This document shows, one piece after another, positions 12,373 to 22,262 of a stretch of DNA of 40,253 bases. This DNA is from Nemertoderma westbladi. Lineage: Eukaryota; Animalia; Xenacoelomorpha. The notes under the pieces are model-generated. The model saw only the letters and a program-made list of their open reading frames with translations. It made no database searches and was not told the DNA's origin. Numbering within the stretch: position 1 is the first letter of the stretch; every line of letters begins with the position of its first letter. A program made the translations under genes and the position numbers. The stretch spans positions 1 to 40,253 of the forward strand of contig JAUCBJ010001960.1 of assembly GCA_032718475.1 (NCBI GenBank). Direction: 5' to 3'.

Positions 12373-14164
12373 ACGGGTGGACGCTGAGCGGCCCAATCAG
12401 GAGTAAGATACCATTTAGGATGTCGGAGAGATCAGGATGCATGTTCGCGGGAACTATGCGAGAAATGGGAGATGAGGGAGCGGAGGAGCGGATGAAATGC
12501 GACGAGGGGCGGTATACCATAGGAATGGTATGGAAGCTACCGAAGCTACCGTTACCCGACAATAAAGGGATGGTACTCATGAGGCTTCGTAAGTTGAAGC
12601 AGATGCTAAAACGGAGCCCCGAGAAGAATGAGTACATTCACAAAACAATCAGAAAGTATGTCGAGAAAGGGGTTACCGGTCGACGAACTGAACACGGACA
12701 GGACCTAATACCTACCACTTCACGTGGCTCTAGATCCGAAGAAAGGTAAACTGCCGATGGTAGTTGACGCATCGGCTAAGACCAACGGCAAATGCCTAAA
12801 CGATTATCTGCTAGAGGGTCCCAATATCTACAACTCAGGGATCGAGGTCCTACTGAGATTCAGAAATGGGAGGCACGCCTTCACCTGTGACATTGAAGGC
12901 ATGTTCAATCAAGTCCGTGTGACGGAGGAGGATAGTGACAGCCAGCGCTTTCTATGGTACAACGGCGACGAGGAACCGTCGACAATACCGATGTACAAGA
13001 TGGTGGTGCAGAATATGGGGGCCAAGTCGTCCTCATTTACGACGACTGTGGCTGTGAGGGACACAGTAGAGGGGAAAGAAGAGAGATACAGTGCCAAAGC
13101 CGTCGATATGATTCGACGCGGCTTCTGTGTAGATGACGGGATGGAGTCTTGAAACACGGTTAATGAACTACTGGATACAGGGCGCGAGGTTCACGACATC
13201 CTGAAAGGATCCGGGTTTAACCTGACCAAGTTCCAGTCCAGCTCGGAAGAGTTTATGAGAGCCATAGAGGACAGGAGGCCAGAGTCGACCATGGATAATC
13301 CCACGACAGCCAAGGGACAGGACATGGCGAACAAGGACAGGACATGGCACAGGACATGGTTCCAGCAGAAGGCGTTAGGGATTGTGTGGAACCGAGAGAC
13401 AGACGAGTTCGAGTACCAGCTGAGCCAGGAGGGCGCGGACATCCACACAAAGAGGGGCTATGTATTGTACATAGCAAGGGGCGGAGAACGAGTTGGCAGA
13501 GGCCTTGGACATCCTGGAAGGGGAGGAAGTCAGGGCAGCCATGAGGAAATGACAGGTGAAGTGGGAGAGAAGGACGCCGTATGCTCCGCATTCTCTAGGA
13601 TGCGTCGAGAGACTCGTGGGTAGTTCCAAGCATCTGATGACGAAGTTGATGAACATCCACATGGTGACAGAAGATGTACTAAGGACGGTACTAGCTAAGT
13701 GTGAGGGTATCATTGATAGCAGACCGCTATACCCAGAAAATGATGACCCAGAATCATTAGATGTGCTGACACCCAGTCACTTTCTAATGGAGAGGCCAGC
13801 GACCATCGACATGCGGGGTGTAGACCCAGACGATATACACTCCCGACAAAGTTGGAAAGTCGCTAAGGCAATAAGCGCGGAATACTGGAGGAGGTGGGTC
13901 GAGGAATATCTACCCACACTTCATAGGAGGAGCAAGTGGAGAAATACCACTAGGAAGTTGAAGAAGGGTGATCTGGTGATCATCACGGACGATACCATCA
14001 TCAACAACCAATGGAGATTGGCAAGAGTAGTGGACACTTACTCCGACGAGGACAGAAGAGTCTGATCGGTAGAAGTGCAGATAGGTGGTAAGATAGGAGC
14101 GAAAGATAGGAAAACCTATAGGAGGGCTGTAGGAAAGTGCTGCCTACTAAAGGACGCACCGTAG
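12373..14164 (+). pseudogene. pol: BEL/Pao pol remnant of element 1 (RT, fragment after RT, integrase C-terminal half)
   Basis: Motifs seen: VVDASAK..CLNDYLLEGP, FTCDIEGMFNQV, FCVDD (degenerate YVDD), ALGIVWN, GCVERLV, IIDSRPL, LTPSHFL, YWRRWVEEYLPTLHRRSKW, WRLARVV. Several deletions, frameshifts and stops. Confidence 0.93.
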
Positions 14165-14339
14165 AGTTTAGTCGTCCAAGTGTTGGACTGAGGGGGGTGG
14201 GATTGAGGGCGAGACGCCCTTCCCACACACAAATATAAAAATATAAAAAAAAAAAATAATTAAAATAATAGAGAAAGAGAGGAAGAGAAAGGAAAGTAAT
14301 AGTACATAGTAGGTATGTAGTAAGTAAGTAGGCAGATAG

Positions 14340-14890
14340 AAGTTAGTAAGAGTTAGTATTAGCAGTAAGAGGGTATGTAGTACCGTTAGTTAGTTAGTTA
14401 GTTAGTAGTAAGAGGGTACGTAGTACCGTTAGTTAGTTAGTTAGTTAGTAGTAAGAGGGTACGTAGTACCGTTAGTTGGAGAGTTAGTTAGTAGTAAGAG
14501 GGTACGTAGTACCGTTAGTAGGAGAGTTAGTGGAGTTAGTTAGTTAGTAAGAGGGTACATAATACCGGTAGTAAGAGTTAGAGGAGTTAGTAAGAGGGTA
14601 CGTAGTACCGGTAGTAAGAGTTAGAGGAGTTAGTAAGAGGGTACGTAGTACCGGTAGTAAGAGTTAGTGGAGTTAGTAAGAGGGTACGTAGTACCGTTAG
14701 TAGTAAGAGTTAGTAGAGAAGTTAGTAAGAGGGTACGTAGTACCGTTAGTAGTAAGAGTTAGTAGAGAAGTTAGTAAGAGGGTACGTATAGTACCGTTAG
14801 TAGTAAGAGTTAGCGGTAGAAGGGTATATAGTATACAGTAAGAGTTAGTAAGAGTTGGTAGAAATTAGTCAGTAGAGTTAGTAGTGAGTA
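14340..14890 (+). repeat. Imperfect ~43-49 bp tandem array with core AGTAAGAGGGTACGTAGTACC between pol and ORF3
   Basis: About 11 copies of the core, separated by GTTA/TTAG repeats. Confidence 0.9.
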
Positions 14891-15279
14891 GCGAGAGGGG
14901 GGCATGTGGGTACAGCTGGACAGATCGTGTAGGCCACACGAGATATACTGCTGTACTGCACAAGCCCATAGAGTAGGCCAGAATATGGATTAGAATAGAA
15001 ATAATCAATTAGTAAACTCATAGCACAGTCATAGAATTAAAATAAATATTAGAAATTAGAAATTAGACAAATTATGGTAACAGTAAGAAAAATATTCCAG
15101 AACATAATTAAAGGTAAATAAACGGACAGAATTACGAATAGGAAAATTAGGCAATAAACTAACATTCAGCAAGAGATAGGGCATTATCGGACTGCATAAA
15201 CCATCCTAACTTCATCACTCATCTGTATTGCACCTTAGCAAGGCACCACCTTATAGGTGAGCGATTGGGAGAGTTCGAA

Positions 15280-17884
15280 ATGGCGGAGAAACTTGTTCGA
15301 AAGAGAAAGGCGGAGTTGGGAGGAAAGGAGATACTGGTGGATTTCACCGAGAGGCATCCGGAAGAGAAGACGAGGGGATACTACGAGCGGTTAGAGAGGG
15401 GTCATAAAGCGCGAGCGCTGCAGGACCATTTCAGGGAGGTGCACGAACAGCGGCTGGTCGGGACCTACGGGACACCGTTGCTAGACAACGCAATCTTCGA
15501 GCATTTCCACTATGTGGTGAAGGGAGACGAGGCGAAGTTCGGGATACCGAAGTATCCAAAGGAACAACTGAGAAAGGACTGGAAGAGGTTCGTAGAGTCC
15601 GTCAGCAGGGGAGGATACATGGTCCTAGACGATGAGGGGACCATGGAGGACGAGGAAGGTTCGAGGAGAGGCTTGGCGGGGTCGGCCAGAACCATACTCC
15701 TGCATTTGGCCGCGCCAAATGGGGACATTTTCCTATTCGACCTGGGAACGTATGGGAAGGAGAACGGGCCGAAGTTGAACCGGTTGCCAAAGGCGGTACA
15801 AACCCTAGTAAGAGAGAAGTCAACGATAAAGGTGGGATTGGCGATCCGCGACGATGCGGAGAGAATCATCGGTCCGGACACCCCCAACCTCCTGGACATG
15901 CAGACGGTCTACATGGCTATGACAGCGCCAGACGGGTTGGGACTAGTAGAGAACGCAGGCCATTCTGGAACGGTGGTGATGGGCCAGCTAATGGGGCTCG
16001 TATGTCACAAACCAATGGACTGGAGTAGATTCAGAGAGGAGTATGGAGCGGAATTGGCAAACTCGCTGAAGTGGGGAGCGAGACCGGGGAAACAAGAGGT
16101 GTATCAATTCCGGAGATGAGCGATAAAGGTATATCAGAAGCGATATATCCTGCAGGAGGACTTGATAATGATAGGTTTGCTAAACCTATTCATGACCGTG
16201 GTTATCGAGAGAGAACCAACGGCATTCCTGTTATCGGGATCACCCCTGAACTACAGAAGAGCCTTCAAAACGGCTTTCGAGGGTCTGGTAGACCACCCGG
16301 GGCTGAAGGGCGAGTCGGTATATTATAACTGCCGATATCTAGTAGACGGGGAGGTGGATACGCCATATCAGAGGTGGGAGCAGCTAGAGGCGGATAGACG
16401 AGAGGCGAAGCGATTGGAAGAAATCGCTAGGCGAGACAGGAGGGAGGCAGAAGAAAGGGAGGAGGAAGCAAGAAGAGAGAGCTATGGATTTGAGGAACAG
16501 GCGGCCTTAGACGAGCTACACTGGACATCAGGGAGTTCGGGCGAGTCTCTAGGGCGAGAATTGGGGTGGACGGTGGGATCACCGAAACAGTCGACATCGG
16601 GAATGCAGGCGACGCCCATACCAGCGGGCGCCGAGGGCGATTTCACGCGGAGGTGGCCAGGGGAATTGGAAGGATGGAGAGTCACTGGCGAGAGCCAAGG
16701 TAGGAAGGGTCACAGTGGATCCACCGGGATACCGGGATTGGAGCCACTCACAGAGGAGGACGAGGATGACGACGAGTTCGGAGAGATGCCACCCATTGGG
16801 AGAATCGGCCACTCGGACATGGACTGGGTTGGCGGGAGGGTGGTGATGGCCAGCGGGGCGAGGGCCTTCTGGGATTGACCCGGCAAGCGGGCCTGGGTGC
16901 ATGAGGAGCCGGCGATGGATTTCGCGGGGAGCACCATCAGGTTGGGCAAGCAACCGGGGACGGCACCACGGGTAGTATTCGGAGAGACGATGCCTGGGCG
17001 GGGCGAGGAGATATACGTGGACAGGGACGCTAACGTCCAGAAGTTCGCTTACCAGCGACTCCACAGACCGAGGAGATCGCTTGGGACGAAAGACAACATG
17101 GGGCGGGAGGCATTGGTACTCGGCTGCGATTACTGCGGGAGGCAAACTCACCAGGAAAGGAGCTGCTTGTACCGATTCCAGAAAGGGACTAGTTGTCTCT
17201 ACTGCCGCGAGTTGAGCCACAGGATGGGGGCGTGTCCACGGTTGCACAACCGGTGTTCTAAGTGCAACTTCCGGGGGCACTACGGACGCCAGTGCGACTG
17301 GATGGACGACGAGGAGAAGTTTAGGATTTTCGAGGAGTGGGCCAATGTCGGCGCCATGACCCGACAGCGGATGAAGGCCCAGGAATTCCGGTGGGGCTTC
17401 TTTAATATCAACCAGGAGGCCCACCTGGAGATCATTAAACGGAGACTTCCGTTTACCTATCAGGAGGTGTCATCCGCGGCGTCGTATGCCGGAGTGATAA
17501 ATACGAAGAGGTATTTGGACAGGTGGACACCACAGAACCGAGGAGAGTTCAGAGATTTTCTTGGCGGAGCATGTGCCGCGGGCAATGAAAGTGATCCTAT
17601 GGGACGCCACTAGGGGGAAACAACAGGGCCATTCGGAGGGGCCACCCGCGAAGCGATACCGGGAGCTGATAACACCAGCGCCCAAGGAGTCGACGACGGG
17701 AATCAGTAGAGAGGTGACGGCAAGGGTCAGGAGTCTGAAAGGAGATAAGACCAAGGGAGCGGCAGCGGCCAGGAAACGACCGAGGGAGGAGGACGACAGA
17801 GGGAAGGAGTTGAGATGGTTCCCAAAGTCGGGTGGAACGAACTATAACTTGGGTGTGGAGATGCCTGGAAGGCGCCACATGTGA
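15280..17884 (+). pseudogene. ORF3 of element 1: DEDDy-type 3'-5' exonuclease, acidic/charged linker and three CCHC zinc knuckles (~870 codons reconstructed)
   Basis: ORFs 15265, 16162 and 16897 share one frame, broken only by TGA at 16117 and 16876. A +1 T at ~17557 relative to element 2 joins ORF 17561. Exonuclease motifs: VLDDEG, LLHLA..IFLFDL, LP..VQTLV..STIKVGLAIRDDAERI, LLDMQ, QKRYILQED. Knuckles: CDYCGRQTHQERSC, CLYCRELSHRMGAC, CSKCNFRGHYGRQC. Confidence 0.8.
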
Positions 17885-18472
17885 AGTAATACGAACTCCT
17901 AAGTGCAAATTTAATTAAAAGTGCAATTAGTATGTACGTATGTAGTAATCATTAGTTTAGTCAAATAGAAAATACAATCAAAGTAAGTACTATAGTCATA
18001 TAACCTTTTCCAATTAGCTACTGGAACTGGGGACCAATTGACTATGACAGGACGGGGCATTGGACGACTTCACACTTCTTGAGTGCGACGGCACAGGAGG
18101 GGAGGGTGAGGCTCGTCAGGAGTGAGTGGGTTAGTTAGAGGTTGAGTATAGAACGTGTGGAGGGAAGGCGAGTGCAATTCAAGTGTGGGGGGGGGAGGAG
18201 TAAGAGAGTTAGAGTGGAGGAAAGTTAGAGTCAGTTAGAGCGGAGTTAGAGTGGAGAGAGTAGTGAGGAAGCAAAATTGTGTGAGAAATCCACAATCGTC
18301 CCGACACGGGACGCCAGATGTCTTGGTGCAAGGTAGACGAAGTTGCACCAAGAGAGGGTAGCAATATCATACCCATAGGGAGCGGCCTGGAAAGCCAGCT
18401 TCGAGAAAAGAACTCCACCTCACACCCGATAGTACATCGGGATCCAGCGGAATTGAAGCGCACTTGTTGGTG

Positions 18473-18510
18473 ATGCTATCTTCTCACCGGGAAGATAGCA
18501 TGGGGGGGAG
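18473..18510 (+). promoter_or_regulatory. 11-bp-stem hairpin followed by the polypurine tract of element 1
   Basis: ATGCTATCTTC-TCACCGG-GAAGATAGCAT, then GGGGGGGAG abutting the 3' LTR. The same arrangement occurs at 29352-29389. Confidence 0.88.
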
Positions 18511-19098
18511 TGTGAGCGGATTCAATTCCGCCCACCACCCCATAAAGTTGGGAAGTGGCACCTTTTAGCAATATTGGGGATACGAGGTTAATCCCCAATT
18601 AACCTTGTATCACACACCCAGTAAACGGGGACAACAAACCCCGAAGGGCCACACACAAAGGGAGGTCAGAGGTTAAACCTCTGGGAGGGGAAAGTAACAG
18701 CAGTGGGGGGGGGGGGGGACACTCCCACAGAGTTGAGGGCGAGAATTAGGTTATTGGCCAATGAGAGCCAAGAAACGCATCCGCTAGGTACAATGGCCAT
18801 AAGTAATGTAGCTAATCAATATATATATTACCGGTCAGTGCCCAACATTCAGTTATCTCAGTTGATCAGGGCAGTAAGGTGACACTTTATACCGTCACTG
18901 CCGTCACCAATTATTATTCTGTATTACTGATTTACCGACACTGTGCTATCTGTATTACATTATCATTGTATACTATATATTACCATCAAAGTTTATCAAC
19001 AATATCGGAACAACAAACCCTTCCTTTTCCAATCACACGGTGTGGCCCTGACGCGTAAATAAACCAAAACTCGGTCGGGATCCTCTGATCCCGTCACA
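18511..19098 (+). repeat. 3' LTR of element 1 (588 bp)
   Basis: Differs from the 5' LTR by about 8 substitutions (counted by eye) and an expanded G run. Confidence 0.95.
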
Positions 19099-19218
19099 AC
19101 TATTTATCGATATTCTAGAATTATGGGAGTCAGCATTGAGTATCATCCCGTCCAACTCAATTGCGACCACCTAGCAACATATCTAGCAACAGAAACGCCG
19201 AATAATAACGCCAAGTGA
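19099..19218 (+). pseudogene. 3' part of the H-box/NC (LRAT-like) gene
   Basis: The in-frame continuation is TIYRYSRIMGVSIEYHPVQLNCDHLATYLATETPNNNAK*. It resembles the LRAT-family Y.L...NCEHFA motif. Confidence 0.65.
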
Positions 19219-20080
19219 TGGTACATTCAAAATCGTTGCCACCAGCTATCTCTCAGAACGTCCTTCAAGAATTGGTGTCAAGACTAACCTTGCTGGTTCG
19301 TGTGCAGAGTGGGAACTGGCTGGTGCGCTGGCGGTGATTGAAGCACATGGTCGGCTCACTATCGAGCATTTCAGTGCATTCTCTGTAACATCACAGAATT
19401 TCGAGGATAGTTCGGATGCCACATCAGATAAGAACAGGATGGTACGTATTTTGTCTACCGCATTCGCCACAATGATTAATGATAAGGATTTCCAGAACTG
19501 GCTGGAATGTCTGTAAAAGAATACAAGTCTCCAAATGCCATCCCCTCAGAAACATTACTTTGAGATAACTAGAGTATATGCTGTAGTTCTGGTTGTTATG
19601 TTAGCATGGCAACCAAGGCCAAACTCAGTTATATAGTAAATAGGCTGAATATCTCAACCTTGAGACAAGGGGAGCTGGAGCAAGATACCTGGATTATTAT
19701 TCAATACAATTGATTTCATTCATTCATGTGTGTTTAATCAGTTTAACCAATTAGATTGAGATGCCGGACTACCTGTCAATCCCATATGTCACAAATCTCT
19801 CAATGCACAACGTGCATGTAGCAGGACCCCCAGTTGGCCCTACCGAACGTTGTTGGTACCTTTATCGGCCGTCATAAAATTATATCGAATTAAAATACCA
19901 AAAGTATGCCATACCCATGCACCGAAAACCTGAACAAAGTCGGAAGTGAGGCATTAGAAAGTGCTAAAGGAGTCAATGGTATGCAGCAGATGTGTGAAAA
20001 TTGTAATGGTATCACCAAGCCATGCAAGACACACAACACAAAGACGCCTTTAAAGTAATAATAAAAATAAAGCACACCCG

Positions 20081-20260
20081 AGGAAACAAGTGAGGCAGAT
20101 CTACGATGAGAGGAATAGTTGCGATCAATGTAATAAATACGAAGATCGGTTTAGCGAAAAGCTATTTGAGTACCTTTGGAGGAGGCAGGTGAAGAGGAGC
20201 AATGGAAATGGATTCATGAAAATAGTAGTAGCGATAAAAGAATGTTTCCCAATCGAATAA
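20081..20260 (+). pseudogene. Probable C-terminal fragment of a Merlin/IS1595-like transposase
   Basis: Translation ...FSEKLFEYLWRRQVKRSNGNGFMKIVVAIKECFPIE* resembles the Merlin C-terminal E(F/Y).WRR...F..l...I...(Y/F)P pattern. The catalytic core was not recognised. Confidence 0.45.
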
Positions 20261-20394
20261 AATACAAACTATTTATTAACTTTACTTTAACAGTTCGTTA
20301 CAACGTAACATATCTTTAATGTGTGTATTAATGTGTATGTAAATATGTATAGCATTAAACTTGGCTATTGTCGGACTCTGCCTTTATTAAACAT

Positions 20395-21128
20395 GTAGCC
20401 ACTGGCGGAAAAATTACAACAAAATGTAGCCACGGGTGGAACTATAAGAACAAAAGTAGCCACGGGTGGAACTATAAGAACAAAATCTATCCACAGGCGG
20501 AACTATAAGAACAAAATGTAGCCACGGGCGGAACTATAAGAACAAAATGTAGCCACGGGCGGAACTATAAGAACAAAATGTAGCCATGGGCGGAACTATA
20601 AGAACAAAATCTATCCATGGGCGGAACTATAAGAACAAAACGTAGCCACGGGCGGACATATAAGAACAAAATGAACCCACGGGCGGAACTATAAGAACAA
20701 AATCTATCCACGGGCGTAACTATAAGAACAAAATGTAGCCATGGGCGGAACTATAAGAACAAAATGTAGCCACGGGCGGAACTATAAGAACAAAATGTAG
20801 CCATGGGCGGAACTATAAGAACAAAATCTAGCCACGGGTGGAACTATAAGAACAAAATGTAGCAACGGGTGGAACTATAAGAACAAAATCTAGCCACGGG
20901 CGGAACTATAAGAACAAAATCTACCCACGGGCGGAACTATAAGAACAAAATCTAGCCACGGGCGGAGCTATAAGAACAAAATGTAGCCACGGGCTGAACT
21001 ATAAGAACAAAATGTAGCCATGGGCGGAACTATAAGAACAAAATCTAGCCACGGGCGGAACTATAAGAACAAAATCTAGCCACGGGCGGAACTATAAGAA
21101 CAAAATGTAGCCACGGGCGAAACTTTCC
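20395..21128. repeat. 31-bp tandem array (GTAGCCACGGGCGGAACTATAAGAACAAAAT), ~23 copies, probably a transposon terminal array
   Basis: Periodicity is visible directly (20518, 20549). It ends sharply at ...GAAACTTTCC, downstream of the transposase-like fragment. Confidence 0.92.
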
Positions 21129-21558
21129 TATTGCTATTACGGCTAAGGCTATTACTTTGCGGAATTTTGCAATTAGTAATTTTTAAATTATGTATGGGAG
21201 GATGATATCAATAGATGAATTTGGATATGGACTGGATATGGTTATTCCTCTAAAGGTTAAGGGGGGGGGGGGGGGGGGGGTAGTCGGATTTGGCAACCTT
21301 TTGGTAATGTTTAAAATACACCATAGTATATCATTGGATACTAGGACATATATATATATTCTGAAAGGTAATTGGACGGGCTTTCCATTTCTGTGGTCAC
21401 ACATCTAAAATACTCGCTTCTGATTGGCTAATAGCCAATTAAACGAAATTTTGATTGGTCCGTTCTTAAAATGTATCTCCTCCTACAATTTTGAGTATTT
21501 TGGTCTGAAAATTGGTGAGTATGTGCACTGACTATCCCTTTACAGAATCCTTAGAGGA

Positions 21559-22126
21559 CTTTAGTGTATTCAATTCCGCTAACCAGGCCCACACAAAGTT
21601 GGTTTTAAGCAATATTGGGAGCACGAGGTTGATTACCAATCGACCTCGTGTCACCCCAATAAGCGGGGACAACAGGCCCCAAGGGAACACACACAGCGGG
21701 GGTCAGAGGTTACACCTCCGGGAGGGAGAGAGAGACGGCAGCGGGGGGGAAGCACTCCCAGGGAGATGGGAGGGTGAGAAGTGAGTTATTAGCCAATGGG
21801 GGGAAGGCATCGGCTGATTAGTGTAATGCGGCCAACCGGTGCAATATATTACCAGTATCCGTGTTATTCATTCACTCATTAGCTAGTCAGTTCAGTTAGG
21901 GTAGGACGGCAACTTTATTACCGTTCAGCCGTTTATTCATTCACGTTGTCAGTATACTGCAATTACCAACTGCATTCACTATAACTGTGCTTATACTTTA
22001 TACCATTTATATTATATACATATCGAACGATTAACAACAGGAACTCTAATAAACTCTTTTCACACGGCGGGACGCGTAAATAAATCTAACCGGATAAACC
22101 GGGATCCTCTGTCTGATCCCATCACA
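21559..22126 (+). repeat. 5' LTR of element 2 (starts CT instead of TG)
   Basis: Aligns without gaps to 29390-29957, with about 12 differences by eye. Confidence 0.93.
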
Positions 22127-22262
22127 GTAATAAAGTCCAGCTGCCCGAAACTGAACCACAGTAATAAACTCTAGCTGCCCCAACAGTAATAAAGACACCG
22201 AACGTAAAGCGCTGAGTCGAACAGGAGAGACGACACCGCCGCGGACCCCGGATGGCGACCTA

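Larger units (their letters stand above)
7777..19098 (+). mobile_element. BEL/Pao LTR retrotransposon, element 1 (internally deleted, with extra ORF3)
   Basis: Near-identical LTRs with TGTGA...TCACA termini and a 5-bp TSD ACTAT (7772-7776 and 19099-19103). BEL-type RT and integrase motifs are present, and a PPT lies at 18502-18510. Confidence 0.95.

Noticed and set aside
16117-16878. In-frame TGA codons in ORF3 as selenocysteine or programmed readthrough
   Set aside because: The element has many other lesions and a CpG-transition bias, so mutation (CGA>TGA or TGG>TGA) is the simpler explanation.
16579-17424. Long antisense ORFs within the BEL elements (also 9185-9661, 25368-25955, 26820-27425)
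   Set aside because: They are shadow frames of GC- and purine-rich coding sequence with no independent motifs.
15280-17884. ORF3 as an env glycoprotein
   Set aside because: No signal peptide or C-terminal transmembrane anchor is evident, and nuclease and zinc-knuckle motifs are present instead.
20395-21128. 31-bp arrays (also 1-421 and 10495-11495) as CRISPR arrays
   Set aside because: The units are head-to-tail with no unique spacers, there are no cas genes, and the context is eukaryotic.
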